Source of the DNA: Phoronis australis
Taxonomy: Eukaryota; Animalia; Phoronida
Direction of reading: 5' to 3'
NCBI GenBank assembly: GCA_002633005.1
Contig: NMRA01000147.1
Coordinates: 768,868 to 832,867, forward strand
Length of the DNA stretch: 64,000 bases
Part shown: in pieces, positions 1 to 14,200 of the stretch
How the letters are laid out: each line of letters begins with the position of its first letter
Numbering within the stretch: position 1 is the stretch's first letter
Program-made: the position numbers and the translations under genes
Notes under the pieces: generated by a model
Database searches by the model: none
Told to the model about the DNA's origin: nothing
The model's input: only the letters and a program-made list of their open reading frames with translations

Positions 1-1058
1 GAGACGCAGACAACAAAGGACACAAAAACAATACAACTGCCACTAGGGGGCACAACGTAGTTCAAATTCGTCTGGTGCTTTTGTCTACAAGATAGTGGTA
101 GATATCTTTAAGGCAAACGCAAGGAAAACAAATTGCCACTAAGCAACTAAGCAGTAGTCAGATTTGTCCCAAAATCCTCATCAGTTGTACATGCACTTCT
201 CAATATATAGTAACACATGTCAAATTTTAAGAAGATCCATCAAAGAGCTATTATTGAGCCACAGCAGTCAGACCCAGTGGGAACACATAATTATGCTAAT
301 TTTCATAATCATTCTAAGAGTGGTTTGGTTGACAGAGAGGCCAGTGCCAAAAACCAAATTTGAAAATGATACAAATATAGCCATAAGTTGGCCTACAAAA
401 TCAAGGTCATGTGATGATACCGTTTCATTAAACCTAATTTGTCACGTTTCATGGAAATCTGTCAACTAGGAACTCCAAAGATACTGTCACTAGGGGGTAT
501 CATAGAAGTCAGATCTGCCCAAAAGTCGTCGTCAACCGTTGTCAAGTTTGTAGAAATACACCAGTCAAAGATCCAGAAGGAGCGTTCAGGAGATACATCC
601 GCAGACACAAAAAAGAAAACAGCCACTAGGGTTGCCACAGTAGTCAGAGCCATCCAAAATTCGTCAGCCGTCCTATTGTCAGTACCAACACGTATGTCAA
701 TTTTCAAAAATATCCTTACAATGGTTTTGCAGAAGGAGGGGTGGACTTGAAAATCGTTATGATGGCCAATAGGTGGAGCGGAATACGTTGAATTTATCTG
801 AAAATGAGAAGGCGGTGCTGTCTCTTTAAAAGACACCTATAAGTCAGATTTTATGAAAATCCATCCAGGAACTCCAAAGATGAAGCAAACATAAAAGAAT
901 AAAATTGCCACTAGCGGGCACAGCAATAGTTGGATCTCTCCGAAAATTTGCTTAGGCGATCCCTTCCACAAACATCCATCAAAAGATTTTGGAAATACAG
1001 CAGCAGACCCCAGACGGATGCTGAACAGACGTGGGCGATAATAATGTGGGTGCATATA
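1..1058 (+). repeat. Dispersed repeat with tandem CCACTAG(G)GGGC subunits (non-autonomous DNA element, possibly Crypton-like)
   Basis: Repeated diverged aaattgccactagggggcac units; homologous to 4800-4998 and 53280-54423, with similar ...gtgggtgcatataa / gtgggcgtataa ends. Superfamily is a guess. Confidence 0.65.
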
Positions 1059-2265
1059 ACAGACCTCTTACACTAGTCATTTGTTTGGTTCATGGTAGAA
1101 AAATGGAGTTTACCAAGTTACACAGAGTAATGAACAGTTTGAGAACTAAGACCTTTGAAACGTACGTTTAAAATGGGAAGAAAAAACTTTTATGTTATGA
1201 GCTGAAATCAAATAACGTTCCAGTATCCTGTATGCCGACATGTCAGATTATATTTTAGCAAGGAATCATTTTAAAACTACATGTAGCATAATGCGCTTTA
1301 TAAAGTTTTGTGAAGTAAAGAATGCTACCTCAAGATACATTACACAACACAGCTTGCTACTTGGTACACCGCAACCCCAATTCTTCTGAGCCCTCCGTCA
1401 TAGTTACTCACTGGTGTTTGCAATCATTCAAAATTCATTTAAGTGAAAAACAAAAATTTCAAAGTCTAAAGCCTTGAAGCACAAAGAGAGGTTACAGTCA
1501 AAATCAATGTCATATAATGCAAGAATATATGACAGTGACACGCGCTTCTTGTTGATATGGACTTTTCAACTCCCGAAATAATGTACATGCACGCAATAAA
1601 AAACAAGTTCACATCTATTACTTTGCAACTCCACACTCATACCTATGATCCACTTTGATTTGTGTACTTTTATTGAATAATAAGAAGCCATTCAAGCAGG
1701 TAACAGAGTTTCAGCTCGAGCAAACAACAGTCTGTGCAATCATAACGCTACTAATAATTAAAACTACCACGTTACTCATTCAACTTCATAATAATGGCCA
1801 ACAACTGTAATAAATAAAAATGGGCACAAGAGCCTTCTGCAACAAACACTCAAAAAACATAATTTGTGCAAGTTCATGGAGAGGCCATAGACGAGACGAA
1901 AGGTAAGTTTATCATTGTTGGCATCAATTAAAATGGTCATACTTGGATTATCAGTCACACTTGTTGCCAGCATATCTATGGTGAACGCCATTTTATGACA
2001 GCAATGAGTCACCAGATAATGGTGTGCGACTATGTTTACTTCTCAACCCGGAGCAAATATTTTAATAGTAAGTAACTCATTCATTTAGTGAAGTGTGGTG
2101 CCACTATGACCCATGCAGTTACATAGAAATAAATTATCTAGAACATTCCAACTCTTAGTGCAAAACCTCAAACACCACATTCCATGGAGCATGCAATTCC
2201 CATGGCTGACACACTAGTGAATTCCAACATTAGAAACCACCACCATTAATCTCTAACACACTTAC

Positions 2266-2283
2266 CTTTGGAGCCTCTTGGAT
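2266..2283 (-). CDS. LRRC71: LRRC71 18-nt microexon (DPRGSK)
   Basis: ttttttctgtctttag acceptor and AAG|gtaagt donor 18 nt apart, phase 1-1. Confidence 0.65.
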
Positions 2284-5200
2284 CTAAAGACAGAAAAAAC
2301 AAAACATCATTACACTCTATACAATCAAGACTGACCACAGCAGAGACAAGTATCATTATTTTAAATAAATTCTTATTCTAAATAAATCCTTATTTCCACT
2401 TTTTCGTAAAAACAAACCATTTATTTTCAAAAACATTTTATTTGTTTGCGCATGTGAGAAGCCAAGCTTACATTCAGGCTCAGAACCGAAGTGACTTTGG
2501 CTAAATGTTGATGTCACACATCAGGATAACTTCACAGTGCCAGATGAAGTATTTTTCACAACTACAGCGTGGCCATGTGCAGTGATATGGCGAAAAAATA
2601 ACATAAAATGTAATTCATTTGGTAAATGGATGAAAGTATTGAATATAAATTAAGGAACAAATTGAAACATATTAGGTGTATTATTCATACCTAAAAGTCA
2701 TTTTACCTGTTCTACACGGAATCTGATGTAAAAATTTTTATCAGGGCACAAAAATACTAATACACTGCTAAACTTACCCTTTTTAAGTGTCTTGTCTTCT
2801 TTGGCACCCTTCCCTTTTGTCTTGTCTTGTTTCTCTTCTTTCTCACCCTATTGGTGACAGAAACATATTAACTATTTGATATCAACAGCACAGCAGATTA
2901 ACACAACCACACAAGCTAGGGTTGCCATCCTTAAACACAAGACACAAGTCGTGCAGATGAAGGTAGTTTGATCACATGCTTTTCTTGTGATGCAGGGCCG
3001 TGTCGTGAAGACTTATGTGATCTTACTTTTCTAGCAAGGAGCTTGTTCTGCGGATTGCAGACCAGGTTATACTTGAAGGATTTTATGACATGAAACTGAG
3101 GTGCAAACGACCCTTAGTGAATCCGGACATGCAAGATTGCATAGCACAGTGGTAACATATTTCTGTACGATTTGTGAAGTGAAACACAAACAGTCAGTTT
3201 AAAATCTCTCCTCATACATGAAGGCAGGTGCGAGCTGACGTGCATTCAAGTTATGGCGAATGTCGTTTTAATGGGCAAACACAGGCTCCTGGCTTCTTAA
3301 AGGGTAGTACACAAAGGTAGTACACAAGTGTGTGGACACAAATTCAGTGTTATGAGTCAAACAATGCCAACCATATTCAGTTGAGACTTACACGCAATCC
3401 CATGTAATTTTTTTTTAAAAAATAACATGTCATTGACCACATACCAATCACACTGACTCAAGAGTACGTTAACTCAAGGTAAATTATATATTAATATTGT
3501 AAACCGTTCCAAGAGTGAGTTCTTTACAACTTTGAGCTATTTTATGTTTTTCATTTGCACGACAGCACAGTCTATGATCAACTACAAACCACCAGGACCA
3601 CTGTTATTCAGTCACAGCAGCAATTTATGAAATCAGACACGTATTGAAGAAACATTGTAGTTGTCATTCAACTCACCTTTTTCATCTTTGATGACTTGTC
3701 CCTTGTCTTATCTTTGCCTTTATCCGCATGAGAGCTGCTGCGTACAGAACCGGGTCTATCTTTAGAGTCTGCTCGTCTACTTGGTGGTGGCTAGTGAAAG
3801 GAAATGACGATTAGATAAGGTTATGTAGGAACCTAGAAAAAATTTCAAATTTGGCGAACTTCGGAGCATCACATCTCAGAAATGATATTTTAGAAAACTG
3901 TAACAAAATGAATGTTTTTGAGATTTTATATTCAAGATTTATATCAAGTGGAATTTGGCTGTGTTACTGATATCGTTGTTGATACCAATTAACATTTTTG
4001 CTACATTTTATCAAAAAGACAGGATCACACGATTCAATTAATGACACATTTATTTACTAAAAAGCCAAAAAATGAAGTTCTACAGGCTTTCCATTTTCAG
4101 AAATATCAACTTTTACTGAATAGTTTAGTAGACACTTACTGAAATACATTGACATGCCAGCAGAGTCCTATAAAATCTTAACACAAGACGGTAACCCAGC
4201 CAGTTACTTAGACACCAACGCTCATGCAGCTCCAGTGAGGTTAATGGTCAGATATAACGTGCCTGAATTTTGAGAACCAGTTTTCTCCACTAAATAACAG
4301 GCATCAAACTGCTTCTAAAAATATCGATGGGCACCTTATATCTGACTATTGTTGCAGTGAGAGATGAGCTTAGGACATAGGTATTGTCGTTAAATGACAG
4401 AACAAAAAATTATGTGAAAAACAACATCAATACCAAGAAAACCATGCTTGACTGCATACAAGATAAATTTAAAGGAAAACTTAAAACTGCAAACAAAATT
4501 CCAGCAATCACCCTACGTGTCTCAAATGTATTATAAGTTCTCAAAACAGGACACTAAATAATTATTTAACTCCAGGTTTCACAGAGTGGCTCTCAAATAT
4601 TGTTGACTATAATATGAATACAATATGAATACAATATGAATATAATGCGCCTGATATCATTAACTTCCCAAGATTTGCAATTTATTATCACAGCTATTTA
4701 CAATGAGCAAGAATAAAAAATCTGAAGGTCACATCATTTTGTCAAATTTTCTGAAAATAAAAAGGCATTGGCGTCTTCTTAATTAAAAGCCTATTAGCTG
4801 AAATTCTTGAAAACCCGTCAAAAACCTACAAAGACTGAGACAACAGCAAATAACCTAAAATTGCCACTAGGGGGCAAAGCGGTAGGCGGATCAGTCCAAA
4901 ATTCATCAAAATTGGTCACTATGCCCATCATGTCCAAAAGTTCGAGACAGCAATGACAGCAGCAGGCACCCACATAATGTATACGTGGCTGCATAAAAAG
5001 TACAACGCTATAAAACAGTTATGTGCTCAAATCAAGGCTAAGAATTTCCATGATTTCTGTACTCTTTGCTGAACATCTATCTCATTTTTTACTGGATAAT
5101 ATGTCAACTTACGTGTATTTGTACCAACGGCTTTGTGTTATCGGTAACGACCATTGAGTCATGAGTTGACCGTGGCTTCACATCCACACTAATCCTCGCA

Positions 5201-8200
5201 TGATCAGAACCTAACACACTTCCTAAAAATTGTAACTCTGGGCGACCCTAACAAAATTATAGACTATACAAGAAAGCTACATTATTGCATCCTAATTATG
5301 AGCTAAAAGATATCACAGAAGCTGCAATATACTATGGCTTGCATTACATTATAAATTCAGGTATTGCAACATTACATAATGTCATATTGTTTTCCAGTGT
5401 TCTGTCTCCTAAAGAGATACCTTATTATACTGAAATAAAATATCATTTTACTAAATAACGTAGGTAATAAATCCACTTTATTCTCCCTTGTATCATTTGC
5501 GCATGCACTGTCTATAATATTATTCAATGTCTCAAGAGTCATCTGATGAAGAGCTGTATTCGCTCAAAAGGTAGCACAGTCTTTTACTGTTTTTTATACT
5601 GGAGAATAAGGGTGCATTTATACAATTGTTTTCACCTCCGTTTTACAGCAAAACTGCAGCCATACACCCACAGATCAATAGTTATTACTGTGACAATGGT
5701 TGCAAAACCAAATTAAAGAGCAACATACTCCCCACTGATCTTCTGACAAAAATTGTCGACTGTCTCTGCATGAACTAAAATCAGAATCACATTTCCTCCT
5801 CCTCTTTGAGCATAGCAGTATGTTTTTAAAACCAAGATCAATTATTTAATAATAAAAAGGACAGAACAAGAAGCAAGTAGACAGTCATGTCAACAACTTG
5901 ACAATTTTTGATACTTCCAATTGATTCATTATTTGCGATGAAATAACTTATGACTATAAAAAAATAAGTTACCGATTTCGAGCGTTCCATTCCAGCACCA
6001 CTTTTGTCAGACATGAGTCGACGTCGTTCAACCACCTCTTCATGAGTGAGGCAAAATCTTGATAGACTCTCGGCGAGTGATTTCGTTCCAACATCACCGA
6101 TCTTGTTACTGGCAAGGCTGAGGGATAGGAGAGTTCTGTTCATTCTCAGACCCTAAAAAATAAACAGTCAAGCATATAAAGTATATGTAAGAACAAACTT
6201 TAAGTAAAGTGCTGTTCTCACCACATAACGAGTGTGATGGGAACAACAAAAAACTTTGAAACACATTTTTAGCAAAGTTCAAAGACCACTGTGATCTGCG
6301 TTTTTGTTTAAAAATGTTTGCAAATTCAGTGAAAATTTCGATTACACTAAGAATGGTATAATTCTGACTGCTGTCTACTCTGCAATTAAAAATGAGACAG
6401 TGACAGGGGTGAATAGCACTTCACAATGTTGTAAAAAAGCCGAGAAATTTCAAACTGTGTTCACATAGAAGTAATGTAAATTTGTACACTGCTTGCTACC
6501 CTGAGCACGGTACGCGAGTACAATATGCGTTTTTGGCTAATTGATGTCACGCAAACTACTTAATGTTTTCAACTTCTATAATTTTTTATTTTGCAATTTT
6601 GTCTAACTGGGACAAATTCATGTCAGATATTCAGCATTATTGCAGAGTTTTAGAGAAATAATAATATTAAGCTTTGACTATACTACTAACTGGTTCAAAA
6701 GCAATGAGAATTTAATAATTTCAGCTTTGAGTTAATACAATCATGAAAACATCATACTTTCACATGTAAAAAATAATTTTTAGGTAATTTCACTAAAAAG
6801 AAAATACAGTAAGGTTTCCTCAAATCTGACCAAAAATGATAACTAAAATTGCCATTTAAGCTCATTTTTCAAACGCTCACTGTATTGCCGAAAATAGTCA
6901 AAATTCCATTGCGTTAGTTGCTGACAGTCGTACTAAATAAAAATTTTCAAAAAAAATCAAGTAAAACTGCTCTCTTGTATACTCTTATTGAAAAAATTAA
7001 TTAAGATAAATACTGTTCCGCTACAGTGTGCTCTGATTTAAAGACACTTAACCGTTTATTATATTACAGAATACACTGCATTAAACACAAACTTGCAAAC
7101 TAAGTACCTTAGCAATGCTTGTTGCTCCAGCGTCACCAATCTTGTTCCCGGTGAGATTCAGCGACAGAAGTTTCATGTTCTGCTTTTGTGGAGTTCCCAG
7201 CACTTTGCCTATTCTTTCAGCCCCTGCATCCGTTAAGCCGCAATATCTCAGCGATAAGCTCTGCAGTCTAGAAAAGTGTCACGTTATGTAATGACTAAAC
7301 TGTCAAAAACACATGCAGCCAAGGAAAGTTTGAGCATTTTAACATAATGATTATTCCTAAACTTTTGCAATGTGAAAAGCAAGAATTCTAATGATTACTG
7401 TCAAAACTAGATGTATAAAGGTGATTTCTTTTTAGTTTGCATAAATTGTTTAGAGGCTTCTCGCAAATTACATCAGACCATCGAACTCCAGTCCTGGAAT
7501 GCCAACTCCAGCACGTGACCAAAACATTTCGTTATTAGAGCTTGTGGCCCCGACAGTAGCCACAATAGTTTGCACTGTGAATTTCCTGCTATCTACTCGA
7601 CTGAGTTTAGATCGAGCGTTATAATTATCAAATCAAGCCTAATTTTCTTACTTCTTTTTAATTTGCTAGACATTTTTGTTCATCAAGTGACACTCTTGAG
7701 CTATGGTTGTAAGACAACCAGTGATTTTCCCGCAAAATAAGTCAACAAACCCGGCAATTACATCGGTCATTCTTTATACGCACCAACCCGTGGCCCTGGC
7801 CAGATATTGGGAATAGTCTAGCCTCTGATATCTGATGAAAGACTTTTTAATGATAGGACTCATAATTACGCAACTGAGTTGAAAAATGGTGGAGTTGCGA
7901 AAATTTTTAGAGACAGGAAATTCCATATCAATAAGCAATTATAACGGAACAAATGAATACAAACAAATGCCACACATGCGTGGGAGCCACCTCAGCAGCG
8001 CGAGATTGAAATTACACTCCATGGCTAGAGTTCTATGATCAGACACATGTCTTCTCTCAAATAAAATGATGGATGTATTCTGATAAATATATCAACAGAG
8101 ATTAATACTCATGACTCATCCAATAACGATCTTGAGGCAAATGACAGGAAACTTTAAGCAATACCCAGGGTCAATGTGTGAGATGAGTTGAAAAATTACA

Positions 8201-11200
8201 CTGTTTTGATTTGAGATCAATAAATGCCACCAGGTGTCGCAGAAGCTTGAAAAAGGCAGCATTGCTGACAAAACAATGCTTTAACTTTTCACGAAAGAAA
8301 AACAATTTTTCCGTATCGTATTCTGGAAAATGAAGTCTATCTGTTGTATGAAGCTTGGCTGATACTGCAAAGCTTAAAACATGGAACAAAATCCTGGAAT
8401 GATACTGCAAAGCTTAAAACATGGAACAAAATCCTGGAATGATAGCCAGCCTTAGTATTTACTCACAGACTTTCTTCAGTGAGTAAAACATCAAAGTTTT
8501 CTTCTTTGACAAGATTGTTGCCATCAAGACATAGATTTCTGAAAAGACATTAAATACATTACAGTAATTATTATAAATAGATAAATAAAACAACAAGAAT
8601 GGATCAACTGAAATTTTCGGATGTATTAACGTCCTTTGTCAACAGAAACAGATATAAAATGTTTGATTTTATTTTATTTCTGTTTCTGTTAACAAAGGAC
8701 GTTGTTACATCCGAAAATTTCAGTTGATCCATTCTTGTTGTTTTATTTACCTATTTATATTCTACATTTCGTGAAACAGTAGTATCCTTGGGAGGATCTG
8801 GATCGCCTTATTTAGTTTCAGATTTATTTTCTACGTTATTAATTATTAGATACACTCAAATTCACTGATTGCACACCACCTGACCCGAAACTCTAGATAT
8901 CGTATTTCAAGATATAATTTAATCTTTCATTTTCAATTTCACTTGATCTGAAGAGTCAGACCATCATTAATACAGAACCCATATTGAATAAAAATAAAAC
9001 GAGCATTCAATAATGCCATAAATAAGTACCACATACAAGGAAATAAAAGGTCCGGTCAAGAATTCTCATTTCCACAGACATGAAATTCTAATAAATCACT
9101 TACTTCACATTAGCACACTGGTGCAAGAACGATCCCAGCAGTTTCACAGTTTCGCTCGTTAGTCCAGCACTCCACAAACTGCAAGGAGTGCAAAAAGAAT
9201 AAATTATAATAAATTATGATAATAGTGAAGAGCCAACAAAAGATTTTCCAACTTCTAGTTTCCAACTGTTTAATCTTAATGCAGCCAGCATCAGGTGTGA
9301 AGTCATCGTGCAAGTATTTCTATCCATACCCGTGGTGTCAAGAATATCCACTCGACCCATTCTGTGACCTCCATCAGTTATGGATTCCCTTATCAAAATG
9401 TTTAGCTTTGCTAATAAAAGGATTTGTAATCAACAGTTTGCAGTGAAGTACCATCTCAATAGAGCACATGGAATATATCACTTCAAATAAAGTTGCTGGC
9501 ACCCAAATGTTTCAAGGTTAAAACTGACTCAAGTTCTCCAATCAAAAAGTCAAGGAACATCTCATCAAGGCATTCAGACCTAAGGCACTCCATCTCAATT
9601 AATCTATAATTCTCAAGTGAAGCAGTTGCTTGTTGTTTCTGAAAATCAAAGCGACATTTTTGCAATACACTCACGTAATTGTGTGTAATTTATCCATGAC
9701 AACCCAGCACTGCTTGAAGATATTCATCATAGTCTCATCAACTCTCCATCCGCGTACAAATATCTCTGTCACCGTGTCACCTTTGTCAGGATTATCCATT
9801 TCAACCTGTACTGTTGGCTTAAAGTACTCAAACTTTTCTTTCATAACGTAGGTCTTTGGGGGAGGCTCAACTGGTTCTGGAAAGAATTACAGATATAACA
9901 TGGATTATTAATTACCAAAAATGGAAATTTTATAGAGTTCATGATAAACTAGGTTCATTAGACCAAAGCTCTTTAAAATAAAGCAAACTTCAACGGTGCA
10001 TGAAAGTCTGAACTAACTGCATAAGAATGATCAAAGTCTGTTGAGAATGTGAAACATCAGAATCGAGGGAAGTAAATTTCAAAGACCCTCAAACTCCTTC
10101 TTCATCGCAGCAATGCTCAGGGTTCAGACTCTACTGAAGACACAATTCACTGCTTCAAGTCAACAAGAGCACATCACTGAAAATCCGTGGGCTTGACAAT
10201 GTTCAAGACACAGTCACTTCCACTAGCCAGTTTGAGTCTATACATCTGCAAACTTTGGCAAGACACACAAGTGTGGAAGTCTCACTCTGGTGGTGAGTGT
10301 GACAGGCAAAAAACTTTTTAAACCGTCCTTCCTAATTGCTTATCTTGAACTTCTTAACCAAAACATTTTGAGGTTTAAAACATTGTGACTTTCATCCAGT
10401 CTTGAATTGTTGCTGAAGGGAACTGCAACTCATCACAAGCAATTCCTACACGTGCCATTTTAGAGGTTGCAATTTTAGGGCTGTATAACCAACTCGAATC
10501 AAATCTAAAGCGTTTTCAATTGTCACTGATCATATAATGTTCTTGTTGATAATGGAAACACAATCCTATCACAATAAAGAATAATACGAGATTGATTTTA
10601 TGAAGTCATAAAAGGTCCAATTTGGATTTTCAGCCAGCTAAACAGGGCAAAATGTGGCTTCAACCACTACACACAGAGATTAGAAACTCGACACATTCTT
10701 CAAATAACGAGACAGAATATTTGTCTTGAATATGCCAAGAAACAAACACCGGTCAAGGGAGTAACAAGTGAGCATCTTGACCAGACTTTGACCACGGCAG
10801 TACACATGGAATTTTTACTCACCCCCTCCCTCAGTGAGCTCTTCCGGCTCTGGTTCAGGCTGGGGGTTCTTGTCCTTCCCTTTTCCACCTTTCTTGTCCT
10901 CGTTGGTTTGCACCTGACTGGGTGATGGTGGGCGGCGTGCTCGCACAACAACTGGGGGAATGACAGCCATCTGGGCTCGGCGGCACAGCTCCGTGAAGTC
11001 ATTGTTGAAGTGACCAGAGCAGACATGCGGTTCTGTGGAATATACAAATGGAAACAAGTCAGAATAGTGATCAACTGCAAAAGCAATGGCATTATGCCAC
11101 GCAACACAAAAAATGTGTCAAGGTTTTGTATTGTTCTTATTGGCGTGTTGATGCGTTTAGACAAATATCAGCAAAACTACTGACAGCATTTTATTTAATT

Positions 11201-14200
11201 AAAACCATTCTCTGAAGGTAGAAAACTGGTAGAATGTTATTCTAGACTATAAACTTTCAAGAGTCTAATATCTAAACCAATGATACGGATAAATCAAAAA
11301 CAAGTTTTATGTAATAAAAATTATTGAGATTAAAACAAAATATATTAGAACAGCAACATAACAGAATATGCAAAATGTATAAGCAATTGGACAACGAAGT
11401 CACTGCATAGTGAATCAGCAGGGGTCTTACGATCGATGACAACACAGTCCTTCATCAGACTCTCCTGTTTGAGTTTGTCGTGTCTCTGTTTCTTTGATTT
11501 ACTATCTTCATTTCAGAAACAAATAATTAACGTATTAGCAAAGACTGTGTTAGCCTTAAGGTCAACAATCAGTAAAACAGTATAGGTTCTGCACTTTCCA
11601 GCACCGGTCTAGTTTACTGAAATAAAATATTGTATATGATAGGCGTGGTGGTCCTTCCTCAAGAAAACTGAAAATAAATGGCTCACTTCTTCCACTGTGG
11701 TGAAATCCTTTTGTTAAAACAGCATTTTGTCTTGTTTAGCTGGCTCAAAATCGAAAATAAAATTAGGCCTTTTACTCTTACCGAACAAAATCGGTCTCAT
11801 TGCATGCTTACCATGGTTTTTCAAACAGTTGATATACTGCTGTACTAACTTACTGTGATAAGATTTTATTTCTGTTTGAAACAAGTGTATTGAAGTCGTC
11901 AGCGACTCAAGAAAACGCTTCTGAGTTTATCAAGGTAGGCCAACCCTAAAATTTCAAATTTGAAAATGGCGCATGTTGAGTCACCAGCCCATGCGGCAAC
12001 AATTCAAGACCGGATGAGCACGGTAATTTTTTTAAACCCCAAAGTGCTTCAATCAAGAATTGAATATTAACAGCTAAACAGGGGCAAAATGCAGCTTTAA
12101 ATAATGAAAGTTGTGAGCTCAGCAGTAAAACAAAACAAAACACAAAACATTTGCATATTAAGGTTATCTCAAGAGACCTCTATTCTAGCTCATATATATC
12201 AAGAAACAGGCTATGTCATCCAGTAACAGTATACATTTTCTGAAAGAAAAAAGACCAGAGATTATAAAAATGTGTTTTATAATCAGATTTTGGCCAAATC
12301 ATAGAAATTTAAAAATCAGCGCAACTACATAGACTTTCATGTTCAACGTTTCGCTTTAACCATTAATGCATAATTGCAATAATAAACCATGAATGTACAC
12401 TCATCAGTGGCATTAATATTATTACATTACCTACTTTTTAAGTCAAAATTCCATTTTTCAGAAAGGTACATTGATTTCATAGCAAAAAATCCCCTTAATC
12501 GATTTTAACAAAACCCTTTTACTTCACAATTTACCTAAAAATGCTAAGAATTTTAGATTACTCAATTGGTTTTGTTTCTATGCCAAATTATTAACTCGCA
12601 AAATGTAAGATATTCTTCTCAATGATAGCAATTAGCAGCATATGATGATAAAACGATGTATTTAAATTGCCTTGACCAGTTTCGGCATTTATTAAAATGG
12701 CGAAAGTAGATGGGACGGTGTTTTAATAAAAACCAAATGAAAACAGGTCAAGCAAATTTAAATCAATTGCTGTTTTTATCAACGTCAGACATTTTTGTAA
12801 TAAATAGCAGTTAAATTCATCTATCTTACAGTACGCAAAAAAACTAGACATTTAAAACAAAAAACCTAACAGCATTCTTGAAACTGGTGAATAAAAATTA
12901 AAACTGGAAAATTTCAAAGAAATTCACCGAGCCGTTTTCGAGAACTTGTGTTGCTAAGTACAAGTAACGTTGATTTGCCAAAGCCGAGAAAAAGCCGGAA
13001 AGGTTACGAGTCGTGAAAATCTGAAGGTTTCTGATTAATTATTTGACGGAAACTTGTTTTTGGTCACCTGGTGCTGTTACCTTGGTTGTTAGTAATTTGA
13101 ACATTTACTCGCACTGTCAACTGAATTTGCAGTGCATAATTAACTTTATTATCACTAATTTGGTTAAGTTGGTTGACAACGAATTGAGTGAAACTTGCTT
13201 AGGGGAGGAGTTAAACTCTTGACCTATTAAAACAGATCAACAATACATTGTAGTACACGACACATGTCGAAGCATGTGCTGAGGAGACTGAAAGAAACCA
13301 ATCTGGGTGAGGATTTATCTTTTTTCACAACTTGCTGTGTTCGTAATATGCCAGGTACTGTGCAGCGCTATCAATGGCCGTATGTACGCTTGCAGATGTC
13401 CAATTCACTCAGGATCAAAAAGTATATTTTTGTTTTCCACAGCATCTTTCCATGGTATGTACACCTCATTAACTCAATCTTATGGCATTGAATGAAAGGT
13501 CTATGAATAGCGAGAAGTGCATAAGCCAAGCTGGAAATTCATTTTGAGCGACAGCCCTGTAACCTTTTACCATGGATACGAAGTAAACAATTTTCCATGC
13601 AGTTGAAGGTGGTTCTGAATGTTTCTGCTAATTTTTTTTTCTTGCTGCACGGCATAATATTTTGAATTTGTTCCCCAAGACAGAAGGCATTTTGTGACAC
13701 GTGTGAAATATTGTGAAAACAGTACTTTTTGTGAATAAGGTTTGAAATAAACATCAGCTGGGTAAACAGATTTAGAAAGGGAGGATAACACTAACACTAA
13801 CACACACTAAAACACTGCATTCCATAAACTAAAGTAAATTACACTTGGCTAATTGTTCTCAACAGAATATTGCATGTTAGCAATGCATTTTAGCTGCAAA
13901 TCTAATCTTAAGAAAATTACAAAGTTGGTCTCTCTTTGTAAGAAAAAGCGAACATTGAACAAAATCTATAACATGAAAATCAAACAAAACCACACAAGAA
14001 GGAATCAGTCACAGGTCATTCACTTTAAAAATGAAACATGCTAACAACTTGACACTTTGACACTTGCATTTTTATTAATAAATATTCAATTCTTCTCAAA
14101 CTAATATTCTGTCATCGAAATGATCAGGCCATGGAATGAAAATTTTTAAATTTAAATTCGCCTGTCATAGCAATGCCAGGTACAGTCATGTACAAGACTC

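Noticed and set aside
164-1055. ORFs of 72-124 aa at the window start
   Set aside because: They fall inside the CCACTAGGGGGC repeat family and look spurious.
1645-1668. Second LRRC71 microexon (VHKSKWII) before a gtatga donor
   Set aside because: Weak A-rich aag acceptor; not supportable without transcripts.
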